From assembly GCA_048128005.1 (NCBI GenBank), contig JBEUKZ010000069.1, positions 310,001 to 374,000 on the forward strand: 64,000 nucleotides of DNA. The letters run 5' to 3'. A model generated the notes under the pieces. The model did no database searches. It was not told where the DNA came from and worked only from the letters and a program-made list of their open reading frames with translations. Every line of letters starts with the position of its first letter. Position 1 is the first letter of the stretch. The position numbers were made by a program, and so were the translations under genes. The DNA comes from Veleropilina oligotropha. Its lineage: Eukaryota. Below, one piece after another: positions 1 through 14,499 of the stretch.

Positions 1-30
1 GTTTATAATTATGACAATATATTTATCAAC

Positions 31-250
31 TGGGGCCGCTCCGTGGATGAGTTTCACTCACTATTCACAGCCTGGCTCAGCAAGTGCGGGGTCGATTCCC
101 ATCGACGGCACTTGAGAGTTTTCAAATACGGTTCACCATAACCATTGGATTTTCCCAGGTATTCATCTAATATCTGGGCTTTCCTCCCTCATTAATATGA
201 GGATGTCCTAATTTGGCCTAAAATGTGAGTAACTCTGGACATTAAGAAAT
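31..250 (+). mobile_element. Degenerate tRNA-derived SINE
   Basis: GGGGCCG start and B-box-like GGGGTCGATTCCC. Related bodies (cataactggctggg...ggtttc) recur near 1160 and 7660. Confidence 0.35.
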
Positions 251-1283
251 AATCCCAACTCCAACTATTCATCAACTCCTCCCAGAGGTCTTCTTCACAA
301 TCAAATTGTATGTACGTGTCACTCGGGGAACCCAATGCGATGTTCTATGGAGGTTTGTTTAACAAAACCTAAGAGGCCCAGAGTGCTGCAACCATAAGAG
401 TATGGTTAAACCAGGTTGATACTAAAAGTATGGTTAAACCAGGTTGAATACTAATTATATAGTGTCATTACTGAATCTGATATTATTATCATATGACTAA
501 ACATTGTAGGTATTAGCCATACAATAGGTGATCTAGGGGCACAGTGACAATTCAATGGATTATAAAATATATGATGTTTAACGTCTCTCTCTGAACGGAC
601 GGACCAAATGTGTCATCGTTAGATCAACAGCTTATAATGTCAGAACCATAAGGTGGTGCGATTGATACGTCGCTGGGGTGGATTAAGACTTATTATCCAT
701 CATGATACAGATGTCTTAAATGCGAGTCCAAACTACCTTTAGGATTGAAAATGGTTAAATGCGGTCATCTGATGTCAAAGCCATTTGTGAATGTCTATCG
801 ATGACTTTCCATACGGCCCTAATAGTAACATTATGTTATTGTCCTCACAACATATACCATTCATAAACATAGAGCTCTGTCGTCTTCGACGTAGGTAAAA
901 ATCCAGTCATCAATATTAATATGGTTGTCTATTAACTGAGCCAAATGTTAGAGAGTTTAATAATATCACTGATAATGCAGAAACACGAGTAGCTTGAGGT
1001 AGATGGTTGTGTCAAAACCAACATATTATGATTACAATTTTTCTGTCCACCTCTGTGGCTTTGAAAGCGACTCCCAAATCAGTCGTACCGACTGTGCTGG
1101 TGCCACAAGTGAGAGTTTCCATGACTTTATCACTTTAATTTATTATTTTCCTGTAGTCCATAACTGGCTGGGTAGGTTTCACCCGATAATTCCGGCTTTC
1201 CTCCAATGGCCTTAGATGTACATAATTAATACTCATTTTATCCATATTATTTTCACAGTAATAATAAGATGCATCTTTTGTAG

Positions 1284-1483
1284 ATGCACTTGATTACAAA
1301 TATCCAGTAAGCATTGCTGATGTGCAAATATTGAAAACATTTTGTGAGCCACTTACGGCACATGGTTGCACAAATGAAGTGAGGGACTGGTGTCAGGATT
1401 TAATGGCTACACATGGAAGGGGACAACCGAATACAGTTGATGGTGCTCTCGACCTTCTCCTTTGGTTACTTCATCAAATTTAA
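1284..1483 (+). CDS. Terminal exon of a probable IS3EU-type (integrase-core DDE) transposase
   Basis: Acceptor ttttgtag, then open frame (D)ALDYKYPVSIADVQILKTFCEPLTAHGCTNEVRDWCQDLMATHGRGQPNTVDGALDLLLWLLHQI*. This resembles, from memory, the DY..PV...C...C...lM...P.t...A..L C-terminus of this family. Not in the ORF track. Confidence 0.55.
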
Positions 1484-2610
1484 AGCATACAATTAGCAAT
1501 ATTGCACATATAATAATATGATGTTTTGGAATAAATTGCTGTTGCCTTAATTGTGTTTATATATCTTATTTTTGCTCAATATTTCATTGTTTCTATATAC
1601 TATAATTAATGATGTTTAATTGTTAGTATCATGATTTATTGTTCGATATAACACAACGGGTTGTATTGGAACATATTATCTTTACTTGCAATAAAATATG
1701 TTTAAACTAACTTGGGGGGGGGGACCCTGATGATCCTGTGAATCAGTGTTTCGCCGATTATGAACTACCGTGACTGATAAATTTGATCGGTAGTCGAACT
1801 TTAACTGCTGAACCACAATTAATGGTGTTACCATCATCCACCACTAAATCGTGGTCCAGAGTCAGCCTGGCATTGCGACGTGATCAGGTAAACTTACTGG
1901 TTGTGCTAATCTACGACGTTGAGATAGTATATCTGGTATATGTACACGTAACATATGTGTACATTAAATATTTTGAAAATCATCAGATTTATATTTCTGA
2001 CGTTTGATGAAATAATTATTGATAGTGTTGTGCACATACAAAACATTAAAAAGAATCGTCTCTGTTAGCTGAATAGGTTACAATTTACAGGGACAGATAC
2101 CATTTTTCTGTGTGAGATTATATACCATCCATGGTTCGCATCAAATTTGATCCCAATGAATAAGGACATTTTTGTCTTGGACGTTGTGAATCGGCTTCTG
2201 CAGCCATTTAAGCACAATTTACATATTAGTGAAAGGAGCATATACAAAGTTTCACTTCTGACCTTAATGTGATATACATGATTTAGACTTAAATGTCAAT
2301 AATCCATTCTCAACCATCCTGATGAAATTACAACAAATATTTTAAGATAAGTTGATGTTTGTTTAATAAAGAAATAACACAAATATTAGGCTCATGCCAT
2401 CATAATCTGTATATTTATGCGAATACCCATGCAGTAATATAGATATCTGAAGTCTAAGGAATGTTTAATGACGATACTATGAGTTGAGAGAAAGGAATAG
2501 CAATGTGAAATTGAGCATGCAGTTTGTTATCTGGTATACCTGTCCAGAAATTAATGTTTAATATATACAACATGCATACGACTATTTAAATATTATTACA
2601 ACTCTTTGAT

Positions 2611-2800
2611 GGCTATGACCAAATCATGTTTACCACACTGGCTCTCCCAGATCACCGAAGTTAATTAAGCAACGATGAGCCTAATCAGTGTTGGGATGTG
2701 ATCATCTGGAATACTGGCTGGCTGTTTTAGTAATTTGACAAAATGTTCTGATCGCTGAGATGCTAAACCGAGGTTTCCGACTGGTCTACGACCGAAAAGG
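2611..2800 (+). pseudogene. Degenerate 5S rRNA-derived sequence (SINE3-like head or 5S pseudogene)
   Basis: GGCTATGACC...GATCACCGAAGTTAA(TTAA)GCAACG...GGAATACTGG is colinear with metazoan 5S rRNA but carries many substitutions. It is followed by a gagatgctaaaccgagg SINE-body-like motif. Confidence 0.6.
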
Positions 2801-3407
2801 TGGTCATAGCACTGCCAATTTAAACACCAATGGTTCAACTTACCAATGTGTTATACATGCTAGTAGAGACCTGTATATGATCAATTGGCTCATAAACATA
2901 TATCTGCACTGATACTAATCATGTGCGTGTGTGAGAGTCAATTTGTTTGGTCTCATTTAATGCACCTTTCGGGCTACACTGGGACTAGTGTGTATCATTG
3001 TGGGAGGAAAGCTCGGATTAATCGGTGAAACCCAAGCACCTTGGTCAGGCACGGACGACAACGGTCTACAAAGGTCCATAACTCGATCTATAATAATTTG
3101 ATGCAGTGACCCAATAATCAATAGGGGCATTCCTTAATGCAAGATATAAACAACTGTGAAGTACCAAGTTGGTATATATAACGTTTCTTGAGTTATCGCG
3201 CTGACAAGATTTTGTCCGTCCCGGACGGACAAACAGACAGACGGACGACAAGCCGATTCCAGTATAACCACCTAAACTTCGTTTGCGGGGGCATAATAAC
3301 ATTAAAATCATACATAAAACAGAGAAACTAACAAATAACAAACACATAGGTCTTTAATGTCTTAATTATGTGTTCATGCTGATTGTGAAGTAGCTAGCCT
3401 TTCAAAT

Positions 3408-4620
3408 AAATGCAAATTCTTGAAGACATTTTTTCTCCCATCATTGGACATTTAACCATATAAAAATCAACAAACAGTATTGTTATTTGTATGAAACAAA
3501 TAAACAAATATCATGGTGATGTACATATAATAAACAGTATCAAACACACTTTAGTCTATACAATCAGTGATGTCAAGTATTTAAAGAAATTAATCTACTA
3601 GATTCGATTGATTAATGAAAATAAACACACTGAATCTCTAGCAAAACCTGTAATTGTCATACAGCATTGTAAAGCAAAATTGTAGACTCAATTAAAATAA
3701 TCTTGTAAATATTTATTCACATGATTCAAAATATACAGTAAAATAGTATTAAAGTTATGGTTGTTTTAGGAACCATTTAATACTATTTTCATTTGCATTA
3801 ATAAAATGAATTAATCTAGCCAATTAAGCCCCAAGCTTAATGATGTATTTCCACAAATGGATTTTAATTAAGCCAAAAGGAATTCCCGGCCCCAGCGAAT
3901 AGCAATTGTCATCGCCTTCTTCATTTGGTCTGGCTTCATACCCGTGGTAGTTCTAAATATGTACCCCATGCATGTGCTACTGCATAGCAGATTGGTGGCT
4001 AACTCATTATCAGGAACAAAGATAACTAGAAATGCAAATTCTTAAAATAATTTTTTCTCTCCCCAAATTGGACATTTGTTATATCAATATTAACAACACA
4101 TTATTGTTATTTGTATGAAACAAATAAACATAAATCATGGTGATGTACATATATTAAACACACTATGTAATCATTGATGTCAAGAACTTACAGAAATGAA
4201 TCAACTAGATTCTTTTCATGTGCATAAATAATAATACTTAATCTTTAGCAAAAACCGTATTTGTAACAAGTACAGAATTTTAAAATAAAATTGTAGATTA
4301 ATTTTTGAATACCTTGTTGTAAATATTTATTCACAAATATGTGAATCAAAACATACTGTAAATAGTAAATTATGGTTACTTTCGGAAATAGTTTCTATTT
4401 TCGTTTGCATATCATAATAAAATGAAGTAATCTAGCCTCAAGTTTCCCAAAAGGATTTCCACTATGCCAAATGGAACTCCCCACCCCATCGAACAGCAAT
4501 TGTCATTGCTTTCTTCATTTGGTCTGACTCCATACCCCGTGGTAGTTCTAAACACATACCACATGTATGTGCTACTGGCAGCTTGTTGGCCAACTCATTA
4601 TTTGGTACGAAGGTAATCTC
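3408..4620. repeat. Diverged ~620-bp tandem duplication including a decayed copy of the HECT terminal exon
   Basis: aaatgcaaattctt...attggacattt begins at 3408 and again at 4030. Region 3870-4025 is a frameshifted paralog of 4462-4620. Confidence 0.8.
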
Positions 4621-4706
4621 CAGTGGGTTATCGAAACCAAGTGGAGGAAGGCAATCGGATCCTGTCCAAAAGGCCAATATGCTACTGATTGATATTTCGC
4701 TGTCAC
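4462..4706 (-). CDS. HECT gene exon 13: C-lobe with catalytic Cys
   Basis: ILAFWTGSDCLPPLGF...LPVAHTCGMCLELP...GGEFHLA*; acceptor tttcag. Confidence 0.9.
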
Positions 4707-7160
4707 CTGAAATAAATGAAACTCAAAATAACTCAACAAATAAACTTACTTTAAACAATGACAAATGTTTATTTGATACTATGTATTACTTTTATGTGTC
4801 AGCTGCAGCTTACATTGCGTAAATATTGTCAACACTTGCATTATTTATGCGAATATGCACTTTTAAAAACATATGATATTGTTACCATAATTTTTGTATC
4901 AGCTGCAATCATATTTGGAAATGTCTGTGTTATTGTGAGAGAACCTCTAATTTGATTCATCTGCTGAACCCACACATATGGGAAACTGTAAACCGTGAGG
5001 TACGCACGTGTTGCTTGGAATTTTTAATTGGGATGCGACATCTCACCTCTAATAACATCTCAGCCTTGATTGACAAAGCTGGCTCATGGAGGAAATAAGT
5101 TCCGAGTCAATGAGGAATATATAACAAGAGACATCTCTGCCTTTAACACATACATTTATAAGATCATGGGTGGAGTCACCATGTCTAAAGGGAGATGTTA
5201 GTTTTGTTAGGTGGAGGACCGACCCTTAAGGTAACTTTTAGTTTTAAAATTATGAGGCAAGTACATTAACTTGTAATGATGAAGGTATATTATTGCATGC
5301 AACAACGATAATAGGCACATATAAATATAAATGGTTGACTAAATATATTATACAATTCTATCATGTCATTTGTCGCAGATAAAATATTTCAGGATATGTA
5401 AAAGGGCACTGATACAATGAAAAATGTAACATTGGTCATTTTTCGTTGCATCTGGGCACTGTGTCTAAGCAAGTGTAGTTAAAACTGCCCCCACAATCTG
5501 ACTTTATGTATTATTTAATATATATGAAGTGAATTATCACAACCATTTCAGATAAATATGAATGTACAGTAACACAATATTTATTGATTATTTAATAATT
5601 ATATGACTGAAAGAACAATTTCACCCTCTTATCATTACGTTCATTGTTTGGGATGTCATACTGGATGTTGCATGCGCGCAATTGATGAACCCAAGAAAGC
5701 ATTCCAGGAGGATTGCATTTCCCCCCAGGAGAGTGGGGTAAAATTTCAGGAGGATTTTGAATGTGGTCTTTTATCGTCGAATTCTTTCTTTTTTTGTCAT
5801 ATACTGACAATTATAAGCCTATTATATTTAAAATTAACACAAATACTTATTTAGAAATGACATATTTAAATAATATTCACAATATTATGATATAAATTCA
5901 AAATAATAATTCTTGTGAGACTCATGAACATACTACAATTCATAAATTAGCTATATTACAGCAATTTGTTATTGTATCATATAGGGAGTAATGCATTTGA
6001 AGGTGCTAATTTAGGTTGCATTTTACTTTCTTAGGGAGGTATCACATGTATGAATACATTTTCTTGTAACCAGTATCAATTTAATTCAATTGGTTTAAAC
6101 AATATTTATTAAATCGGTATTTTAAAGATAAAAATACATTCAGTTTGAGGAACAGAAACAGTCAACTCGTGCTTATATTATCATTTCCTCCAGAATATTA
6201 CACGTATACATATATTTAGTGTGACTAAGTCCACAATTATTGCTATTCGAACATGATGCAGCCTATGATGTGTTTAATTGATCAGAGAAGTTTAAAAAAG
6301 CTCGGATGTCTGTAAATGAAAAATAATTTAGTGAGTTTGTGGCCAACGTAATACTTACAAATGCTAAGTCCAAAGATGCCAAAAAATATATTAAATTTTT
6401 AAAATATTTTTTCATAACTCGAACTTGATGTAACCTATAATGTTTGTATTTGAAAAATAATTTAGTAAGTTTGTGGTCATAGTTTTACTTTCAGAGACTA
6501 AGTCCAAAGTTGCCAAAACATATATTTTTTTTTTTTTTAGTTTTTGGTCAAAATTTTACTTCACTGGACTATTAATGTCCAAAGTTAACAAAAAATATAT
6601 TCAATTTTATAAATAATTTTTCATTATTCGAATTTTGGTGTAGCCTATAATGTATTTAATTGATCTGAGAAGTCAGCAGGTCAGGAAATGACTAGAAATA
6701 TGTTCACCGGAACATGAAATGCCCCCACTATATATTTGTCAAGTGAAATGAATTTTGTTAATTTTATGGTGATCTACTTTATGTATGCAACGCACCTTAG
6801 TTTAAACAATATTTATTTAAAGAACGCACCTTTGGGTTAACTTATGAAGCATGCACACATCAAGTTTCGCATCTCTTGGTCAAATAGTATGGGAGATATG
6901 GAGCAGAAGGGAATTTTTGTACATGAGTATGTGGGTAAATATATTTGCGTTGAAATAAATAATCATTAGCAACCGTTCATTTTCTTAAAATCAAATCTGC
7001 CTTGGGTCTGTTATTAGCTGTGTTGACCCAGGCCAAATTATGCGTATGCATAGGCAAAAATTGCATTGGGCTGAGTTGACATAATTAACCGGCATTTGCT
7101 TGAGATGGGATATTAGCAAACCATCAGCTAATTATATAACATTATAGAGAAGATATATAC

Positions 7161-7396
7161 CATCACAATCCTGCAAGAAACATTCAAAGGAATATAATGT
7201 ATCTTCCTCAAGTGGTCTGTTGTTGTGGCCTCTCTCGCTGAAATGTACGACATACAGCAACTTTAAATGGTTCGAAGTCATCGGCGTCTCAACATTTACC
7301 AGCAATGAAGACATTTCTTCACAATGATCTTTCATTAAAGCATAGAGATGAAGGGTGTCCAATCCCTCAACGAACTGCTGCATTTCTGCGTGGACA
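7161..7396 (-). CDS. HECT gene exon 12
   Basis: VHAEMQQFVEGLDTLHLY...FSERGHNNRPLEEDTLYSFECFLQDCDG; GT-AG, phase 2/1. Confidence 0.85.
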
Positions 7397-8284
7397 CTGA
7401 AAGAAATAAAATGGTTTTAGTTTTATGACAACATTCCAATTATGACAACATTTCCAATCTATTCTATTAATTTTAATGTTAGAATAAGCCTCTCTGGCAA
7501 AGAGGATATAATTTGCGACCTACTGCCCCACTTAACGTTTTTGAAGTTCTACCAGTTAAATAAATGAGCGGATGAGAGGGTTCCCAATTCAGTGTTAATA
7601 ATTGAGTGAGGGTTCAAATCTCGTTGAAGACATTTCAGAGTCAACTATTACACTGGTTCATAACTGGCTGGGTGGTTTCACTGGATACTAGTAATCAGAG
7701 TTTCTTCCCATCATAATATGAGCATGTTCTGAACATAACAATGTGAGTGAATTGGTTAGTTTAAATTACGATAACAATCTTTCCGTTTGTATATAGCAGT
7801 CGGAGCCTCAGTTTCACCTCTCTGTTCGAAGGATGGGTAACAGCGTTTTAAGCCATCCAATCTACTACATGTAGTTGTAAGCGTTAGAATAAGCCACGCC
7901 AGCCGCGGGATTTGAACTCGCGCCATATCATCCTTCTTTCGATTTTCCGTCGCTCTAACCAGTTGAGCTATCGAGGACAGTCAACACAACAAATACATAA
8001 AAACATTAAATGGACAAAGGAAACCATAAAACTGATAAGAACAGAAACAAGCATTAAATATCACAAGCTTATATCGAAATGTGGTGCTTTGAAAACATTC
8101 ATTCTCCAAATCATCTATATATTTTGTCAATGTTTACTTACGGTACGTATAATTGTTTTAGTGAAGCCACCAACATAAAAGTTCTCATTGTTTTCAACAA
8201 AGATACCCTTCGCCATTTAATGACCCCATGGATTTGCATTGTTTTCATAATCTCTTCTTTATCCTTAAATCATTGCTGACTTAC

Positions 8285-8427
8285 CGAAGGTGAATGATAC
8301 TTTGCAGCAGATGCTCTACCATTTTTGCTCGCTTCACCTCCGTGAATGGTGGAACAACACACTCTAGTCCCTGGTCAATCAACCAGTCTGTTAAAAGACT
8401 GACTTCCTCATCTGTGCCATCTTTGAT
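8285..8427 (-). CDS. HECT gene exon 11
   Basis: IKDGTDEEVSLLTDWLIDQGLECVVPPFTEVKRAKMVEHLLQSIIHLR; phases fit both neighbours. Confidence 0.8.
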
Positions 8428-9348
8428 CTGAGACAAAAAATATAAACAAGTGATTGCCATTAATGTAGCGAAAGTCCCTCGCTGCTGTAAGTTCTATGTC
8501 ACCACATTCAACTTGAGTCCAGTCAGTATCTCACCCAAGGCATTTTCCCACTAAATATATAATACAGTATATGAAATTGGTTTATCCTGTCTTGAGATAT
8601 GATGCTAACATCAATAATGGGTGAAATTCGTAGGTACATTCCGTCACCTTGAAAATGAGGTCAGGCCGGGTCACCATAATCAACTATAGGCTATGTTGAC
8701 ATCCCTCAAGGCATATATCCACCAAATATACGCGCATGACATGAAATCAGTTAATTCTGTCTTGAGATAACATGGTAACAACAACTGAGTAAGTTAATAT
8801 TAAATTGCGTTCTGCGACCTTAACAATAAGGTCACCATCATCATAATTAACAGGAATATGTGGTATACCCCCAAGGCATATATCCACCAAATATAAATGA
8901 AATTGCATGGTTCATTCTGTCTTGAGATACCCTGCCAACAACAATATTTAATGGAGTGAACATAACGGTAAAGTACATCTTGTGACCTTGAAAATCAGGT
9001 CAAGGTCACCATAATCAACTGGGGTCCGCAGTATCCCCCCCCCCTAAGGCATATATTCATCAAATATACATGAAACCGATTCAGTCTTGAGATATTACAC
9101 TAGCAGTAATAGGACGCGGAGCCGAATACTGCAGTCCACCACTTCTCTTGAGGCGAACATCGCTAATGGTAAAAATTTTGTCGCAAAATTGAAGACGGCT
9201 ACTAACAAGAAGGACATGCCCGGGAACTTCCGATATGTAGTATCCACTGTCGTTTCGACAATGCTATTTTCTAAATATGTCCTTAGGAAATTGCGGGTCC
9301 CAATGGACTCACTAAGGAAGAATTTCACGAGTCCGTTTGTTAATGCAA

Positions 9349-9503
<155 letters not shown>

Positions 9504-9905
9504 TAAATATCACACTTTGTGTAAGCAACAAAATTACTGTAATTATGAATATTTGACAGGCAAATTTTTCAATTACTCTCAGATAGAGTGCAATGCATCA
9601 TTGCAGACGTGGTGGTTTAGGTTTGGATTCAACGCTTTGTCAACTGAACCAATTATTGAGACCTATCTTCATGGTTGCACATACATGTCGAGGTGGATAC
9701 TAGTTTCACCATATAATATTCTGTTCTTTCTTCTCACGCATGTCTGGTAAAGACCATGTCTGTTTTATGGGGCAATAATGTGAAATTCAGATCAGATTGA
9801 AAAATTAAAAAATTAAAAAAAGTATGTTGCCAGAAGAATAATTATGTTCAATATTGTTATATTAAATACATACAGCATAAAATTAACAAATGTGCTTATA
9901 TGTAC

Positions 9906-10158
9906 CATTTTCATTTTCTCCTGCACGTCGAAGTCAACATCATCAATGGTGAGACTTTGGACAGCTTGCTTTGTGACCAACTTGTATATGGTTTCACTTA
10001 GCACTGGTAGTCCTGGGCCTCCATTGAGAACACTCCATGACAGGAACAATCCACCAAAATAAAATATTCGCTTTTCCAATTTCACCACAGAATGGCAGAA
10101 TCGTTTTTGATTTGGTGGTCCGTCGAATATATCTCTTTCTATTTCTTTCATGAGAGCA
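9906..10158 (-). CDS. HECT gene exon 10 (N-lobe)
   Basis: ALMKEIERDIFDG...FYFGGLFLSWSVLNGGPGLPVLSETIYKL...DDVDFDVQEKMKM; G2E3-like HECT pattern. Confidence 0.85.
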
Positions 10159-10989
10159 CTGCAAATAATTCAATTTATTGGATAAATTTCGAATTACAGA
10201 TGAGTATCATATTTAAAACATAATAAACAATAAAGCGAATCAATCATTGAAATACTATCATACATATGTGATACCTCTCTAAGAGAGGAAAATACTCCCA
10301 AAATTAGCACCCTCAAATGGTCTACACCCGGCCGCAACGATAACATTTTCCCGAAAATAGAATATATCACTGATTCACTGTAATGGGTAATTTATGAACT
10401 ATAATATTTGCATGAGTCTCACAAGTACTATTGTTCTGAATTTATATCATAATTTTGCAAAAATAATTATATATATGCATATGCGTATTGCGTATGGTAT
10501 CATATGCGTATGTATGTATTTTTATAGACAATTATATGAGATGCTTAACATGGTTTGTTTTGACCAACATATATTAAACGCACTGGAAACGGCATCTGCG
10601 AACATCCATATGCCACATAATAATATACGAATTTGTTATATCAATTAAAATGTCATATCCCCGAAAGGATTCGAACCCGTGATCTCCGATTACCACTAAG
10701 CTACGAGGACCCGACGAGAAATATGACATTGGAATTTGGCCAAACTCTTATACGCATTACCCGGTTATTTGCATCAATATGCGAAACAATCTGGTGATGC
10801 AAATAAGCTGGTTCCACTGTATATATAACCGCGTTGTGGAACATCCACTTAATCATTGTGTGGAGAAGAATCTTTGCAAAAATGTAATAATGTATAAAAT
10901 AAGACTTTTGAATCATCATGGCCATGTGAAAGCCACCAGCAATAGTTGTGTGCCTGCACCAACGCCACATTTTGTCTGACAGCAATTAC

Positions 10990-11214
10990 CTTAAAAATTC
11001 TCTCTTTGGGCCTCCCAGGTCCTCTCCAATCTCCCCGGCAAAGCTAACTTTAAATGGCTTTTGGAAATCAAAGCCTGGCCTCTGTATTGCTTTCAGAGTC
11101 GATTCCAGAAGTCGTCTACGGTGGATGATAACTTCCTGTTCGCTTCCTTCATCACTATTATGTAAAGTTGCTAAGATCCATGTCTTTAATAGGGATGTCT
11201 TGGTAGGTTTTTCC
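10990..11214 (-). CDS. HECT gene exon 9 (start of HECT)
   Basis: IIHRRRLLESTLKAIQRPGFDFQKPFKVSFAGEIGEDLGGPKREFL. Confidence 0.9.
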
Positions 11215-11954
11215 CTTTAAAATTAAACAGATAAATAGACAGTGATAATTAATACAAGAACCATGGTACAGTATGCATCACCCCTATTGGTGTAGGCATT
11301 TCCAGAGTATCACGATTCAGGTGATATCCATATAACTATTACCAATGCATATGTATGAAAAAACAGAGCCATGATCGATCCATGTAAACCACTGAAAAAC
11401 GTTAACAAAATTTGTATGTCCAAAAACACCAATTGCATGCATTATTTATAAAAAATTCTATCCAATATCAGTTCCACAGTATCATGTGACATCCACATAA
11501 CCATTGCCAATACATATGTATGCATAAATGTGCCTTTAGCAACACATATACATGCAATGGAAAACTTTAACCCCAAAAGAAAAAACTTTAACCAAAATTA
11601 ATATATCCAAAAACACCAGTTTCAGGCATTATTTATGTAAAATTCCATTCAATATCAGTTTCAGAGTATCAGGTTGCATACATATAACCATTACCAATGT
11701 ATAAGTATGCAAATAACTGTCTTTAACATTACATATAACTAGAAAAGAATGCTTTTTAAAATGATTTATGTCTTAAATGACAGATTATGATCATGTACAC
11801 TGTTATCCATCTGAACTGGTTTGGAATTGATTTTCATTTAATAAATACGTGTAGTTGCAAGCTTGCATTACACAACTTTAACAGAGTTCATTTTTCCCTG
11901 AAAAATCAATGTTCAAATAAGTCATTTTACAATAGACAAATTTACTCTCTTCTT

Positions 11955-12600
11955 TTATACGCCCGTTTGAAAAACGTGACGTATTATGGTATGGCGCTGT
12001 CCGTCCGTCCACTTGTCCGGGCTATATCTCTTACAGTTAATAACCTACATCAATAATTTTTGGTGGATGCATTCACCAGGTTTAAACGGCGTGTCGCGTA
12101 CCACATTTATGGCAATGCGCCATCTGTCTGTTCGTCTGTTCATCTGATTGTCTTTTTTGTTGTCCGGGCTATATCTCATACAGTTTTGATCTTGAAGCAA
12201 TATCTTTTTGGTGAATGTATACACCAGGTGGAGACGGTGTGTCGCGTACCAAATTTATGGTATGACGTCGCTCGTCTGTCTGTCTGTTCACCCGTTTGTC
12301 TCATTTTCCGTCCACCCACTTTTTGCCCGGGATATATCTCGTACAGTTTTTAATTTACAGCAATATTTTTTTGTGGATGTATGCATCAGGTAGAGATGGC
12401 GTGTTGCGCACCAAATGTATGGGATAGCGCCGTCCGTCTGTCTGCTTTTTGTCCGAGTTATATCTCGTACCTTTTCTAATTTAAAGTAATAAGTTTTGTG
12501 GGATGTACACATCAGCTGGAAACAGCGTACCATATTTATGGTATGGCAGCATTCATTTGCCCAACCATCCACTTTTTGTGGGTCCACGACGGGTCACGTA
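11955..12600. repeat. Helentron/HINE-like non-autonomous element with internal ~120-bp tandem units (inverse partial copy ~12960-13245)
   Basis: Repeated gtccgggctatatctc...caccaggt...gtgtcgcgtacc...tatgg units with GTCC/GTCT microsatellite. Confidence 0.5.
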
Positions 12601-13298
12601 CCAATTATATGACATAACATGCAGCTCTTATATCATTGCCACAAGTATTTGTCATATCTAATACTTCACCCTCAAACTAATGCATTTCATTCGGGCGTAT
12701 ATTGAGTTCAGTTGATCTCTTGTTAAATTTGGGTCTGTAATGCAAGATTATGATGTGCATTATCCATATGAAAAGGTTTGGTATTTATAACCCTCTATTA
12801 AATGTAAGAAAAACTTTAGCCAAGTCTGCGGACGTACGTACGTACATGCAGATGCATGCGCAGTGAAAGCAATATGCCCTTTGGGAGTTCCATCCCGCAG
12901 CATAACAAGAGATCAACTGAACTCATTATACGCCTGCATGAAATGCACTTAAGTTTGAGTCCATTGTCTCCACCCGGTGGATACATCCACCCAAAATTAT
13001 TGCTGTAAGTTAAAACTGTATGAGATATACCCCAGACAAATAGTGGACGGACGGGTGGACAGACAGACAAATGGTGCTATACCATACATTTAGTACGCAA
13101 CATGCCGTCTTCACCTGGTGCATACATACATACATCCATCAATAATTATTGCTGTAGGCTAAAGATTGTATGAGATATAGCCCGGATAAGCGGATGGACG
13201 GACAGCGCCATACCATAATACATCCCGATTTTCAAGCGGGCGTAGAAAAACCATGTGAGGGCCCACCCTTAGAAACAAAAAATATACTAAATATTTAC

Positions 13299-13447
13299 AT
13301 TTCCATTCCCAAACTTGCATTTATTGCAATCTGCAAGTCTACATCTTCCTCCACAGCTGGTGTATATGACAAGTCTGCTGAATCAGGTTCTGGACATTGC
13401 ACACTATCTGCATCCACATTAAGTGACGGCAATCTTAGAAGATGACG
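13299..13447 (-). CDS. HECT gene exon 8 containing a ubiquitin-interacting motif
   Basis: RHLLRLPSLNV...PAVEEDVDLQIAINASLGME; acidic-LxxAxxxS UIM consensus; phase 0/2. Confidence 0.75.
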
Positions 13448-13950
13448 CTACAGCAAAAAATAATGGCTTTTCACTCACTATGATAATTAAAGATACTCAT
13501 TATACAATCGAGCGCAGGAATTAACTCCTAAATTAGCATTAAAAGCGGAAACTGTACTGGTTATTGGTGATATACATGTTTGACTAGTAGTAGTGTGATA
13601 TGTGCCAGTACATTATATCCAGTTATCAATTATGACTTGTCAAATATTATATGTCTGAACATTCCAATTATTTTCTGACAATTTTGCAAGATAACATTAC
13701 TTCACCCTAGAATGAGGATATATTAAAAATTAATGGATGGAATGATGTATAACAAGCACACAGTCAATATTACAGTATCGAGTCTGGAAAGTTTGAAAGA
13801 AAAAATAAACAATCGCTTGAATGCAACGGATTTGACATCGATCATATTAAGAATGCTATGACTTGGAATTAAAACCAATGATGTCATGCAGGCAGGCATT
13901 CTAAATCATTCATCGCTCAGTAGAACAATAATAATTAAAGAAAAACCCAC

Positions 13951-14070
13951 CAAACGAGCCCGCCTGTTCCCTCTGTTCATGAACTGGATAGTTGGTGTTC
14001 CGGTTTCACTGCAAGTATCATCAACGACAGAAGGCAGCGCGGCATATTCTCTGCTTCCGGTATTTGGTAC
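13951..14070 (-). CDS. HECT gene exon 7 (repeat exon copy 3)
   Basis: VPNTGSREYAALPSVVDDTCSETGTPTIQFMNRGNRRARL; 120 nt, phase 0/0, cag/GTGGGT. Confidence 0.65.
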
Positions 14071-14499
14071 CTGCATTGCAGATATGTCAAATTAATTCAG
14101 AGCTTCTATCAAAATGTTATAGCGTATGTCTATGCTGATATTATTTTAAATTATACAAATTGAACAACAAGATAAAAATATATTCTCTCAAGTATCAGTC
14201 CTCGTCAGATCACAGAAGTTAAAGATGCTATAGCGCCAGATTTCGCACCTATATCTTATAACTAGAACGTCAAAGGCGTGAACTGGCTCGCATGCCAAGT
14301 ATAGTTTTCTATAGCAGACATATATTAATGAAAGGGCCTGGATTTCTAAAGCAGTCAAATTAATATATTTTTCTAGATAAACTAGGATTCACCTTCAAAT
14401 AAAAGTTAATTTTATCTTTTAACATTTTACTTTATACACCAAGCCCTGTTGTTAAATAAAGCTTCACAATAGAAAGCATAAACTAGACTATAACTTTTA

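Noticed and set aside
590..980. Faint resemblance to an IS3EU transposase core (GPN...NHK..LIRRWG..IIH..D)
   Set aside because: Too degenerate and interrupted to support a call without an HMM search.
2611..2728. Functional 5S rRNA gene
   Set aside because: Too many substitutions and indels; treated as a pseudogene or SINE head.
7890..7980. tRNA-like sequences here and at ~10660-10715 and ~28200-28290
   Set aside because: Only A/B-box remnants with no complete cloverleaf; SINE heads rather than tRNA genes.
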